NCBI GenBank assembly: GCA_964016885.1
Contig: OZ024740.1
Span: forward strand, 50,902,001-50,966,000
Direction of reading: 5' to 3'
Origin: Eledone cirrhosa
Taxonomy: Eukaryota
DNA length: 64,000 bases
Below are positions 1 through 12,350 of this stretch, piece by piece. The notes beneath the pieces were generated by a model. It was not told where the DNA came from. It was given only the letters and a program-made list of their open reading frames with translations, and made no database searches. Position 1 is the first letter of the stretch; each line of letters begins with the position of its first letter. A program made the position numbers and the translations under genes.

Positions 1-1
1 C

Positions 2-400
2 CTAGCTCCTCTCCACGATGTATCGCATGAAGTGGAGGTTGTCATGGATGGATCTGTCGGGAATGGCGCATGTCTGCGCCTCTCCTATCAGTCTACCAAC
101 GACAAGCGCCAACCTCTTTGCTAGCACCTTGGCCAAAATCTTGAACTCTGTGTTTAGAAGAGTTATGGGCCTGAAATTATCTATGTTATCCCCCTTATTC
201 GGATCCTTTTTCAGCAGCGCCACCGCTCCTTGGCTCACAGAGCTGGGAATTCTCCCGTTCTGTTGCCAGTTGCAGTAGATGTCTGCCAAGAGGCTTCCAA
301 ACAAGTCTGGCATCTGTACGTAAAGTTCATAGGGCAGACCATCCAAACCAGGCGATTTACCCTTTGTGCAGCCAGTCATTGCCTCCCATACTTCAGGTGC
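2..400 (-). mobile_element. L1/Tx1-clade non-LTR retrotransposon reverse transcriptase fragment (runs off window start)
   Basis: ORF 2..379(-): KSPGLDGLPYELY, FRPITLLNTEFKILAKVLAKRL, QTCAIPDRSIHDN, typical N-terminal RT motifs of L1/Tx1 ORF2. Confidence 0.85.
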
Positions 401-667
401 TGTTAGATGAATAGATTGATTAAAAAGTGAAATCTATCTATAAACAGTTATCTGGAGTGAGTAGTAGATATGTTAACCTAATCCAGCTCTTCTATTTTTA
501 CATGTAACTTCAGTTGCAGTACGGTAGCTTTGCTTGTGCTAAAAAGAACCAGTTAGCAGGAAGCTCATTCAACTATGTTACGGCCACAAGTACACCTACA
601 TATATCACAGCATTTACATTCCACACAATCTTTGAAATAGCAATAACTACAACTATAACAGTATTAA

Positions 668-796
668 TAATGATGAAAATGATGATAATGAAAATGTTGA
701 TGATGATGATAATGGTGGTGGTGGTGATGGTGGTGGTGGTGGTGGTGATGATGATAATGATGGTAGTGGTGATGATGATGATAATGATGGTAGTGG

Positions 797-827
<31 letters not shown>

Positions 828-946
828 GGTGGCGGTGATGGTGGTGGTGGTGGTGGTGGTGGTGGTGATGATAATGATGGTAGTGGTGATGATGATGATG
901 GTGGTAGTGGTGGTGGTGGTGATGATGATGATAATGATCGTAGTGG

Positions 947-977
<31 letters not shown>

Positions 978-1015
978 GGTGGTGGTGGTGATAATGATAA
1001 AGATGAAGGTGATGA
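668..1015. repeat. Compound (GAT)n/(GGT)n trinucleotide microsatellite
   Basis: Direct inspection; explains the poly-M/V and poly-S/P ORFs. Confidence 0.95.
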
Positions 1016-1021
1016 AGAGGA

Positions 1022-1175
1022 GATTTCTAATTTAGGCACAAAGCCAACAATTTGTGGGGAGGAGGAACGCTAATCACATCAACCCCAGTATGTGACTAGT
1101 ACTTTATTTTATCGATCCCGGAAGGATGAAAGGCAAAGTTGACCTTGGCAAGACTTGAACTCAGAATATAAAAGG
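1022..1175 (-). mobile_element. SINE family A copy (partial)
   Basis: Reverse complement of the family core ctgagttcaaat...aactttgcctttcatcc...gataaaataaagtac. Confidence 0.8.
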
Positions 1176-1238
1176 TCCATGATAATAATAAAAACAAGTG
1201 TTTGTAACATAGACATCATCATTATTTTACATTTGAGC

Positions 1239-1420
1239 GGTGGATTGGCAGCATCGGTAGAGGGTCGGACACCATGCTTTGACGCATAGAGTTACGGCTC
1301 TTGCCATTCTGAGTTCAAATCCCGCCGAGGTTAACTTTGCTTTCATCCTTACGGGGTCGATAAAATAAAGTACCAGTAATGCACTGGGTAATTTCTGGCC
1401 TTGTGCCAATAGTAGAAACA
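1239..1420 (+). mobile_element. tRNA-derived SINE family A with 18-bp target-site duplication
   Basis: A-box-like tggcagcatcgg, B-box gagttcaaatccc, conserved core; identical attattttacatttgagc at 1221-1238 and 1421-1438. Confidence 0.9.
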
Positions 1421-1585
1421 ATTATTTTACATTTGAGCTGTCTTATTCAGAGTTCCAGTTCTCCCAGACAGGTTAGAGAAACAATGTAGTGTTTGTACCT
1501 TCCAATTTTTGGCATAGTTTCTATAGCTGGATTACTTTCTTAACATCAACCATATTATCATGGCACCAACTCTCAATAGGATGCC

Positions 1586-1801
1586 TTAACCCTTTAGCAT
1601 TTAAACTGGTTGTATCCGGCCAGAATTCTCTCACCACTTTCTGTTCAAACCGGCCGTAACTAGCCACTCATACCGGTGTTAAGGTATTGTTCTCAAAATA
1701 AATAATAATAAAATCTCATAGATTCGATATTATGTGAGGTAAAGCCGTTACTGCAACAATACAATAGTAAATATAGAGTGATGTAAATGCTAAAGGGTTA
1801 A
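1586..1801 (+). mobile_element. piggyBac-type MITE
   Basis: TTAA-ccctttagcattt ... aaatgctaaaggg-TTAA; homologues at 30047-30275 and 51142-51387. Confidence 0.85.
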
Positions 1802-1964
1802 ACATACATGTCAAAAAAGAGTTTTCACCACAGTATGTCACCTCTATTTTTTTTTCAATTCAAAAGTGGGAGGAATGACTATAAGGTTAGATAAAGAAAG
1901 AGTATGAAGAGGAGTTGAAGACAGAATTTGGGAGGCTGTGTTGATCAATTATATAGATTCCAGT

Positions 1965-2068
1965 GCTTATTTAGTATTTTATTTTATTAACCTTGGGAGG
2001 ATTAAAGCCAAAGTTGACCTCAGTGGGATTTGAACTGAGAACGTAAAGAACTGGAACAAATGCCACAA
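1965..2068 (-). mobile_element. SINE family A fragment
   Basis: Degenerate reverse-strand core and B-box (gggatttgaactgag). Confidence 0.65.
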
Positions 2069-2069
2069 A

Positions 2070-2660
2070 GGTGGGACGTGTAGAGATTCCCATTTGGTGT
2101 ATGCAGCAGAATGCACAAAACACAACTTGATTTATGTTGGTTGTACAACAGAACAATTAAACAAATGATTCAATGGGCACAAAATATGACGTCAGGCACA
2201 ATACCAGTAGTTCGATAGAACTTGCCGAACATTTACATCAAACGTCTGCAATTTTGAAAAAGACTTGAAAGTGCATATTCTCAGAAAATATTCTGAATCT
2301 ACTGCACTTTCAGTACTCAAAATGCATGAGGAGAGATTTGTTTGTGGGTTATTAACATCATGCCCTGGGAGAATGAACAAAATGACAGGAGAATTTCATC
2401 ATATTTACACAAAACTGATTAAACATTCTTCTTTTTCCTTTTCTTCTTTCTTTTTTTCTTTTCTTCTCTTTTTCCCCCTGTGCAGACGCAGGTTGGCCTC
2501 GTTCATATTTTGGATTTGAATTTCTATAATTTTAAATTTTTATCCCTTTTCATTCTGAACTTGACAAAGATAGACTAACTGTTGAAATATCGTTCAATAA
2601 ATCTATTGCAATTGCGTCACGTTCTTCGTATTGTCTATTTACCTTTGTGAAGAGTTACGT
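2070..2660 (+). mobile_element. Penelope-like element 3' fragment: GIY-YIG endonuclease pseudogene plus terminal region
   Basis: Translates GTCRDSHLVYAAECTKHNLIYVGCTTEQLNK*FNGH (VY...YVG.T...F..H GIY-YIG pattern); hammerhead motif downstream. Confidence 0.8.
2556..2596 (+). ncRNA. Minimal type-I hammerhead ribozyme motif, U3-A8 core variant
   Basis: Stem I TGAAC/GTTCA; core TTGACAA; stem II GATAG-actaa-CTGTT; GAAA; palindromic ATAT stem III; predicted cleavage after AUC (2591). Confidence 0.65.
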
Positions 2661-2672
2661 CAATCCTTTAAA

Positions 2673-2713
<41 letters not shown>

Positions 2714-2715
<2 letters not shown>

Positions 2716-2915
2716 TATAGGCACAAGGCCAGTAATTTGGGGGAAGGGGAAAGTCGATTAAATCAACCCCAGTGCGTGACTGGCACTTTATTTTATTGAC
2801 CCTGTAAGGATGAAAGGTAAAGTTAACCTCAGCAGGAGTTGAACTCAAACTGTAAAGGGCCGTAACTCTATGCTGCAAAGCATGGCGTCCAACCCTCTAC
2901 CGATTCTGCCAATCC
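2714..2915 (-). mobile_element. SINE family A, full length, between (AAT)n tracts
   Basis: Reverse complement of the 1239-1420 family. Confidence 0.85.
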
Positions 2916-5418
2916 AATAATAATAATAATAATAACCCAGCACAGGTAAACTTACCTCAATGAGGGTAGTCAAGTCTTTTCAAGCTTCTTTAAGTAAACC
3001 TGTCTAGTGTGGTACATGAATATATACCCCTTGCCAGTAAGGATAAACGGAATTTATGTACAAAATGCCTGAACCCCCTAAATTATACTGCATCATCCAT
3101 CATGTGAGTTACCAAGGTTTGCGTCTCCCAGTGATACAATAGGCTGGGATCGAAAAGTCAGCAACTGGAGCAACCTCCCCAACTAACAGTTTAGCAGGTT
3201 ACCAGAACCAGGAAATCCCCAATTTTGGATCAGTAGAACAAACACTAACAAATGACATTCAAAATCAGAAAACAAAACAAAAATGGACTAGGGAGGAATA
3301 TAAACAGGTTATAACAGCTTTCTATATAGCATTAAACAACCCCCAATAAAATATTACAAAACAAACATACATTGAATGGAGAAAACTGATCGGCGAAAAC
3401 ATCTGCTCATACATAGATGTCAATAAACTAGGTAACACACGTAGCTACATTGTAAAATAAAACAAATTGATACTAATTGAACTAAAACATATAAGAACAC
3501 AATGTAATAACAGAGAACTAGAAATACCAATACAGCCTAACAACATCAGAACACTGATAGTAACAATTGATAACATGTTGGAAGAAGTCAACAAGAAGAT
3601 TGACAAAACAGAATAGAAATATTAGTGAAGAGCAACTTAGGGAAGCAGCTGCTGAGGATAATGAAAATGATAACAGGGTTCTAGAAGGCAATGGACAAGA
3701 CATTGCAGAAGCTAAAGAAAACATTGTCAGAGAATTAAGTAAAACCTTATGCACCAAAATTAAAGGTAGAGACAAACTACCTAAGTTTGAGAACAACAAA
3801 AAAATATTCATAAGATCAAAACTTACAATGTTGTATTGAAGGAGATTTTAGAAGAAGGTGAAAACAATTTAACCTCTCTTACCAACCTCGTATACTCTAC
3901 AGCTAAAGCTATGAGCTGCAAAATTGGTCTTAGAATTAAGAAAAAGAAAACCAGACATGTTCATAAGCAACCTAAATGGAAAGTAAAATACAGAAAGAAA
4001 TTGATAACCTGAAGTGAGATGTCAATAGTCAAAGAGCTTGCCAGGTGTGTGAATGTAAAGACTAGAAAAGCAAGAAAAGTTAAAAGAAAATATAAGATCA
4101 CAGATAAGGAGAATCTATTAAGCACCAAAGAGACTCTTAAACGACGCATCAAGGTCAAAGCACAGAGAGGTAGACAATATGATAAGTGAGGCAAGTTCTA
4201 AAAACAAAAGAAAATCTTTCAAACTGATGCAAAGAAATTTTACCTGGAAATAGGGAAACACCCAGTGGAGATTAAGGAACCACCTAGTATGAACGAAGTT
4301 CAACAATTCTGGGAAAATATATGGAACAATGAAAAACAATATAATAAAGAAGCTGAATGGATTAATAGAGAAATAGACAGAATGAGAGATATTAACCTTC
4401 AGGAATGGCAAGCAATAAAGCTGTGAGAGCTAAGGCTGGCACTTAGTAAAGCACTTAAATGGAAATCACCTGGAATAGTCCAAATCCCTAACTTTTGTCT
4501 AAATGCACTTACAACGATGCATAAAGAACTTGCTAATGAAATTATATCTACCCATGCTAGTGTGGAAAAATAGCCATGGTGATGATGATGAATACAAAAT
4601 GCAAATGAAACCCTGAATTGGTTGACAGAAGGTACAACATGCCTTCTCCCCAAAACAGCTGAAACAAAAAAAAAAAAAAACTTGTCTCACTATGATTTAC
4701 AAAATCCTGATATCTATACTGAGTGGATATACAAATACCTTGATGAAAATGAAATCATTTCACAAGAACAAAAAGGAGGAAAGCTGAACTCATATGGGTG
4801 AAAAGACCAACTATTAATTAATAAGATGATTCTAGAGAATTGTTGGTAAAAAAGAAAATTCTAAGCCTATAACAGCACTCCCACATGAATGGATATTGGA
4901 AGCCCTAGAAATTTACAAAATATCTCCCATAATATCTAACTTTTTATAAGTTGGCTTGACAAAATGGAGTACAACCCTTTTTTTAAACCATAACAAAGGA
5001 GTCATAAAGTCAGATAAAATTAATTGCTTTGCTCTCTTTTCAATATCAAGTGAGCTCCACAACATGGGACACAGGTATAAGATGAACAGCAACAATGAGG
5101 TCATTAACCATTTGTTTTTTTTTTATGGATGACCTAAAATTGTATGCTAAAAATGATCAAGAGTTAGAAGGACTTTTACAACTGTGAAGCAATTTAGCAA
5201 TTTAGCAATTGGCATGGAATTTAGCCCAGACAACATTTAAAAGAGGAAAGCTAACAAAAACATCATCTGTTAAACTCGTAAATATCCTGGCATAAAAGAA
5301 GTGGATGGAATTAATTACAATTAAATGAAGGAGAAAATATGGAAAGAATACTACAGAAGAGTAAGATTGATTCTGAAAACTGAACTAAATTCTCCCTTTC
5401 CAGGCTATAAACACCTTC

Positions 5419-5650
5419 GGAAAATTAACAAAGAGAAGACAAGACAACAAATGAAAACAAGGCAAAATGTAAAACAATTTTTTTAAGGGTAAACCTTAAA
5501 AAAATATTTAAAAAAAAAAAAAATACAATTTTTATTTAAAAAAAAAAAATTTATTATGGTTTCCCTTTTTTTAAAAATGTTTTTCGTTTTGCCTTTTCGT
5601 TTTGCCTTTTCGTTTTGCCTTTTGTCTAGTCCTCTCTTTGTTAATTTTCC
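5419..5650. mobile_element. AT-rich foldback insertion with 11-bp flanking duplication
   Basis: ggaaaattaacaaagag ... ctctttgttaattttcc; ataaacacctt at 5407-5417 and 5658-5668. Confidence 0.6.
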
Positions 5651-5799
5651 TAATTTAATAAACACCTTAGCTATATTAATGATATGATACAGTTATAACA
5701 TTATCAATGGGAACTTATCTGATCTTCAAGGAAATGACTCAAATACTCAAAAACTCTTTACAGCCAACAAAATGCATCCCCCCCACCCCGTCACACCCA

Positions 5800-6000
5800 C
5801 CAAGGATCAGCTGAAAAGTTCATAGGCTGACCAAGATACTTTCATGGAATGACCAAATGAGGTTTATTTTTCAACATAGTCCTAGGAAAGAAACAATGCA
5901 GTTATTATTAAGAAGAGTTGAAATTAATGCATGCAGAATTTCACAGCACTAGCATCACTCATTCATAGTCAGCCTATGAACTTTTCAACATACACTCATA
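5800..6000. mobile_element. mariner-type MITE
   Basis: Inverted repeats tgaaaagttcataggctgac / gtcagcctatgaacttttca; second copy at 63872-64000 begins TACGAGGG. Confidence 0.75.
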
Positions 6001-6299
6001 GATTCCCTGTATTTGCAAGGAAAAGAGGGATAATCCAACTGGAACTGTCATACAAAACAGCTACGATAGACTGAAAATCATACTAGAGAGCACCAGTGAC
6101 TGGATGATGGTGTTGTAAGAGATCACAAAAACCAAAAGAAACTCCATTCAGTACTCAGAGGGGCAGGAAAGTCCAGGAAAGAACTAATAACTTAAGGCAT
6201 AAATCTAAATTATAATAAAGTAAGGAGTGCAGGACTGGGTCCAGAATATATATTTTTATCCCGTTTGTAAAATAAGTTGGATTACTTTGAATAAATAAT

Positions 6300-6411
6300 T
6301 GTTTCTACTTTTGGCACAAGGCCAGCAATTATCCCACTGTATTACTGGTACTTTATTTTATCGACCCCGTAAGGATGAAAGGCAAAGTTAACCTCGGCGG
6401 GATTTGAACTC
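6300..6411 (-). mobile_element. 5'-truncated SINE family A with 16-bp TSD
   Basis: actttgaataaataat at 6284-6299 and 6412-6427. Confidence 0.85.
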
Positions 6412-6752
6412 ACTTTGAATAAATAATGAATGAATATTACATAATTTATCTACTAAATTTCATTATTCTTGATTAAATATAAATAATTTTGTTACTTATT
6501 TTAAGATTCACTTCTTTAAAATGTTCAAATGTCAACACTTCTGGTTAGCAATCGCTTAAATAAACATTCATATATTTTCATCACTAATTTTCTCCTAATG
6601 TAGTTTATATATATCGTCTTTTTTTAATGTATCATCGATTACTTTACTGATTACATAAGACAGTGTGACACAGTCTTCGTTCAATTTCTGTGTATATTGT
6701 CAATTACGATGTTATTTGATATATCATATCTACATGCATATATACATGCATA

Positions 6753-6924
6753 TAATATCAATATGCACACTACACATGCTAGCAGAAAAACACCCAAAGG
6801 GTGGTTTTTCTGCTAGTCTAAATAATGAAGCTGACCTAATATCAATATGCACACTACACATGCTAGCAGAAAAACACCCAAAGGGTGGTTTTTCTGCTAG
6901 TCTAAATAATGAAGCTGACCTAAT
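6753..6924. repeat. Perfect 84-bp tandem duplication containing a hairpin
   Basis: Two identical units; each has ctagcagaaaaacaccc-aaa-gggtggtttttctgctag. Confidence 0.9.
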
Positions 6925-9658
6925 TCCAACTAAGGTAGCAAAAGTCCACAGAAATCCTAAAAAACATTGAGAGAAAGATGACAACAAAAATTTAGAGAAA
7001 GATGACAGCCAATTCCCACTTTGCACCGAAGATGCTGATGTAGATTAAGCCAAAAGCCATCAGTGGCTGTGAAGTTTGGGATTAAAGGCTGAAACAGCAG
7101 GCTTCATTTTTGCTACCCAGGACCAGAGTTTGTTTACTAGGAATTATCAGGAAAATATTCTCAGAAACGGAGCAGACCCCCAATTAAAGGATATGTGATG
7201 TACAGCTTGAAACAATTGACCATACAAAATCAGGATGCTCCATACTTGCATCAACTGAATATAAGATAGGTGGGGCAATACATCCATTGGCCAATATTCA
7301 AACAATGTAATGCAGAACATACAGAAAACTGGTATGAATACAAATCACAACCAGTAATGGAAACTGAATGAGTATCAATCCTTTGGGATTTTACCATTCA
7401 CAGATTGTACTATTAATACAAACCGCCCTGATATTATTAAAGATTTTAAAAATAAGACTTGCTTACTGTGAAGGAGTAACAATCCTTTGGGACTTTATCA
7501 TTCATACAGATTGTACTATTAATATAAACCACCCTGATATTATTAAAGATTTTAAAAACAAGATCTGCTTACTCATTGACATGACTGCTGTCTGATAGAA
7601 GTGTGTCAGCAAAAGAGTATAAAAAACTTGCAAAGATCTTGAAATTGAGATAAACAGAATGTGGCACCTTTAAACCCAAACTATTTCGGTAGTGATAGGA
7701 ACATTAGGTCTCATAAAGAAAGATGTTCAAAAGTTTCTAGAAAACATACCTGGTAAATCAGGCATCTATGAAACCCAAAAGATAGTTTTAACAAGTACCG
7801 CTCAAATACTTTGTATATTTTTTGTCTTTGTAAAACACAAATTTTTCTATTTAATTTTGATAGTAAATTTAATTGATATTTAATACCATTCAAATATTCT
7901 CAATGCGAGATTAAATCATATCTTTTATACTCCTTTGTACTTCTACAAGAGACATAATGTATTTGCCACAGTTGAAGGGTCCTCCCAAACCTTTCTTTTT
8001 ATAATTGGTAGAAATCATCTCTCTCCTCTTAATGTTGGCCCAGTGTGCCTCTTTGAGTCCTTGAGTTTGAGATCCCCCATCTAAGTGAGAGTTTATATCA
8101 ATAAAAATCAGTTCAATAAACTTTATGAAAGAAAATTATTTTGTTCATTGTAAGACTTGGGTTCTTCTGTAATGAGCAGAACCCTTCAGGAGAGAAGAAA
8201 TGTGAAGTTTGTTTTACCAACTGAACTCCGTCCATGCATTACAATTCTCTTTTCACAGTACACAAACTTATTCTGCAGTGAGAACTTTATATTTTTAAGT
8301 TGTTTATCTCTGTGTTTCTTTTTGTTTTCTGGCTGTTTAACTAGATATTAATGTTTTAACAGCAGCTTATGAAGCCAGTAGCTGTGTTAAGGTGTCCATG
8401 TATAGTATCTGGCTTGTGGAGAGAAGATATTGGAATCTTAAGATTACTGGCTTTAGTATGTAAGTTAGTAGACAGCCACAGATTGTTTTATGTGGATGGA
8501 GATCCTGTTAACATACCAGTTTCCTACACACTATTTCATGTAGCACCAATAATGATCATATGACTAAGAGCTTTCTCTGTTACTAAAAATAACTTTTTAT
8601 CAGTTGTTTATTATTTTTTTTTTGGTGTGGGTGAGTGGGAGGGAGCTTTGTTTGTTAAGTCTGCCTCTTTTTCTCTCCTGCCTATATTTGCCTTTCTTTC
8701 TATATCTGATTTTATTTTTCTCTTTCATTATATTCTTCCACTTTCTCTCTCTGTTTGTTATCTTCACATTCTCTCCAACATTTTGCTACTCTACTTTTCC
8801 TTGCTCTTGTTTACAACTCCACTTTCTAACATTCTGTCTTCGTTTTTGCTCTACCTATTTCCCCTCCAACACAAACTCTCTATCTTTCTCTCTTCTCTAT
8901 CTATTTCCCTCTCACACAAACTCTGTATCTTTTTCTCTTTGATTGACTAATAAATCTTTCACTCTTCCCATCTTTTATTATATTTCTCTCTTTCTCCATT
9001 TACTCTCATTATTTTTACCCCTCTCTCACCTCTGTCTTTTATTTTCTTATTTTCTTTTTATGCCTCTATATTCTCTGCTCTTTTTTATCTCCGAATCTCT
9101 GTCTTGCTCTATTTCTTTCTCTGTTATACTTCTCTTAACAGGCTTTCTTTCTATTTTCTTTCTTCTCCTCTCCCATTCTTTTGAGATATCTCTAAATGTT
9201 TAACCATAAATGTCTGTTTATTTTTATTAATTATTCTTTCCATTCTTCGTACTCTTTTTTAAAATTTGATTCTGTCTACCTGTGTTTTCATCTCTGCATC
9301 TCAAGCAATATACATTCATCTAATTAAAAGGTGGGTTTCACTGTTTACAATAATTAGCTAAAAAAAAAAGACAAGTAAAAAAGAGAGAGAGAAAAAAAAC
9401 ACTAAGCAACTAAGGGAAATAACTCTGAAAGTTACTATCATCAGTGGAAGTATAGATTTCGTCATTGCTTGTTCACCCCTCTCCCCCGGCCATATAGTAT
9501 CTTGTTTACTATATAGAAATATTTGTAAAGAATATTTAATCGCCACAGAAAAGGAAGTGTATTGATAATTTCATTATAAAGGCCAATTCCAGAGCTTCAC
9601 TGGTCGTTGGCACATCCCTTGGGTGATAAAATTGAGAATGTCCTGAAAATATGTAGGA

Positions 9659-10430
9659 CATCATCATCATCGTTTAACGTCCATCTTCCACGCTAGCATG
9701 GGTAGAACAGGTTGACCCTTTGGCCAAGAATCAGATCAAAGGACCATGTTTAGCTCACCCGGAGTAGATTTTGGCTTGGTTTCTACAGCTGGATGCCCTT
9801 CCTAACGCCAATCACATTTACAGTGTGTGGTGGGTGCTTTTTGTTGTGTCACCTAAACGACCACATTACAGTGTAGACTGGGCACTTTTTGTCATGTCAC
9901 CGATACGACCACTTTACAGTGGGAACTGGGCACTTTCGTCTTGGAACTAGGGAGGGGGAGGAAGCTTTGGGAAATTGTGTACGTAGGTAATAGGGGAGGG
10001 ATGGTTACCGCAAAGGGAGGGATATGGGAGAGGAGATGGTTGAGGAAGGTGTTGCCTACTAGGTATAAGACTCAACCCAAGAATAATAGAAGGCAGGTCT
10101 TCTGTAATACTGCATTGCACCAGAGGTTGCAGTCCTGTGTCATTGCCTTGGTGAGGTGTAATTGTGCATGGTCAGTTTTTATTACTTCATCCCAAGTCTT
10201 CCTAGGCTTGCCCACTCCACAGTTACCATAAACCTTGAGTGCTCTGACCATTTTATACAGCTGTCATCCTTCATATGCATTAGGTATCCATACCAACACA
10301 ATCTCCTCTCCTGCACGCAACAACTGATTCCCCTTACGCCTAATTTCTCATGCAGTACATTTATACTTAGCTGTTCACGTATATTGCTATTGCACATCCA
10401 GCGAAGCATGGAGGCTTCATTTCTTTCATT
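9659..10430 (-). mobile_element. RTE-clade LINE 3' fragment with (GAT)n tail
   Basis: MLRWMCNSNIREQLSINVLHEKLGVRGI...RRLCWYG; 3' UTR shared with other copies. Confidence 0.85.
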
Positions 10431-10959
10431 TTTTTTTCAGGACAATTGTGATAAAAGCTGGTGTACCAGTCAAATAAATAGCCAAGGACCGAGAGCAGCA
10501 AAACAAGCAGGATGCAGTGGTTCAGATCCAACAAGCTAGACCTAAAAAGGGCTGCAGAAATACTATGATGGTTTTTTGACAAGGTGAGTAAAGATGCCAT
10601 AATTAACCTTGTCCACACTGAGGGTGTTTGTTTGACTGGTTGAAATAAAGCTGAGACTCAGAAGCTCCCTGCAGCTTCTTGTCAGCCCCTTTGTCTTGCA
10701 TCTCTGTGTGATAAATGGATAACTGGCAGGTAGTCAAGCAATGTGATTGAAGAATACACAATCTTTCTATCAATATTATAAACAATTCTTGGTACATGAT
10801 TTATTTTTCTTCTATATATCACAGATCCTACGGAGATAGGCAACATGTGACTGGAAAAATTGAGGATGTTGATAAATATTTCTAGCATGGAACCTGTGCA
10901 TATTGTGGCTTCAGTGTGGTTGCCATTTTGAAGTGACTTAGCAAACAACCTTATCTAGG

Positions 10960-11790
10960 AACAGCACTGCCTTCCCAAATTTGGAAGGGGATTAAAAGGT
11001 TGTTCTGAAGAAAAGTTGCTTCATTTTGTATTCAGCCGGGAAGTTGTACCTGATGAGACATTACTTCAATGCAGTAAAAAATTTTGTAACGAAAAGACCT
11101 TCAAGTAGAGCAGTGCTTGTTGCCAAGAAACTTCAACACAACATACACATCTGTGTGCTCGGATTACTCAGATGAAGGGTCCATCAGAAAGATTGAAGGT
11201 GGCTACACATTCTTTTGGAAAGAGCTTCCACAAGTCCAAATTTGTAAACATTGTGTTGGTCTGGGTATTAGAAATGTGTTCTTCTCAAAACTTTTTGAAT
11301 CTCCTGTTGGTATTAGCCCTTACCTTATGTTACTCTGTGTTCTGCTGGCAAAGGATGCTACATGATAATCATTAGAGCATGTACACTCACTTTGAACTCC
11401 TCAGAAGAAAACAAAAGTAGAGTTCTTTCTATGCTGTTCTGGCTCATGTTGTTTAAAATGTCCTTGCATCAAATAAGTTAGCTCTTCTGGGTGACCTTAG
11501 TGCATGCATGTACAAACATTTTCCAGTCTGGAGCCATGTTATTTGGAACCATGGCATAGGCAACATAAATGCTTTCCTTTTGTGCGAAACACTAACTCTT
11601 AATAACCAACACTATATTCCAACTTCCAACCAAGCAAAATAATTAAAAAAACATCCTGAAGCACCCAAAGACAGGAAATTGGCATCTCTTGGATTATGTT
11701 ATTGTCCATCTCCATGATGTTCATGATGACTCTCTCATTAGAGTTATGAGAGATGTAGGGTGCTGGATGGATCACGTCTTGTAGTATGCT
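10960..11790 (+). mobile_element. Decayed RTE (BovB-like) AP-endonuclease region
   Basis: EGSIRKIEGGYTFFWK, LLGDLSA, ITNTIFQLP, HPKTGNWHLLDYVIV, GCWMDH across frameshifts. Confidence 0.7.
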
Positions 11791-11859
11791 CCACCTTCTG
11801 TGTCATACCTCTTTCTTGTTATATTTTATATTAGATGTTTGGTCCAATGAGCACTCTAC

Positions 11860-12350
11860 TTTTTTCCTGCATTAAACATCCTGAGTCATCCTGAGATTTG
11901 GATCTTGCTCTTATAAATGATATCATGCTAGGGGCACATGAGTAGCTGATCTTAATAGCATGTCTATTGAGTAATTTGCTAAATCTCTGTTAAGTGGGAA
12001 ATATTTATCTACTAAATCCGGGTATCTTTTACTTAGGTTAGTCCTAACATTTAATAAGAATGGGAGTGTGAACCAGGTTACTTTTCTAGGTCTGTTCCTC
12101 GATCTTTTTGGAAGAAAGGCAGGAGGGTTATAGTAGATCTTATCTTTGAAGTTGTTATCTAGGAGAGCTCTATTGAATAAGAGGGTGCCTTATTAATTAT
12201 ATCTTTTTAGGGGACAAGATAAAAGATCCTATGGCTGATATTAGAGACAAGGCTTTTAAAAACTAAGGAGGGGAGTAGCAATGTTTTTATTTGTATATTT
12301 AAATCTCTCATTGGGGTTAGGGAATGGATTGTAAGTGCCAGTTGCTAAAT
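11860..12350 (-). mobile_element. Penelope-like element fragment (RT thumb/linker)
   Basis: Reverse translation FNRALLDNNFKDKIYY...RSRNRPRKVTWFTLPF.LNVRTNL...LVDKYFP, similar to ORF 60287. Confidence 0.7.

Larger units (their letters stand above)
2934..7825 (+). mobile_element. Dong/R4-clade non-LTR retrotransposon, near full length, heavily decayed and interrupted
   Basis: Frameshifted motifs in order: KWTREEY; WKSPG; EQKG...KDQLLINKMILEN; FMDDLKLYAKN; GLKAETAGFIFATQDQ; ETIDH..SGC; ILWDF..TD...HPDII..LIDM; VIGTLGLI (RT plus C-terminal restriction-like endonuclease); 5' end abuts (TAA)n. Confidence 0.85.

Noticed and set aside
514-1039. Met/Val-rich and Ser/Pro-rich ORFs
   Set aside because: Translations of a trinucleotide microsatellite
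2934-3020. HDV-like ribozyme at the Dong/R4 5' end
   Set aside because: Expected for this clade, but I could not build the nested double pseudoknot by eye
7025-7065. Hammerhead-like ccgaaga...ccaaaa
   Set aside because: Lies in Dong coding sequence (TEDADVD..SHQWL); core and stems do not fit
8604-9300. Hydrophobic F/L/S-rich ORFs (also purine-rich 52507-53069 and 62773-62997)
   Set aside because: Low-complexity pyrimidine or purine tracts
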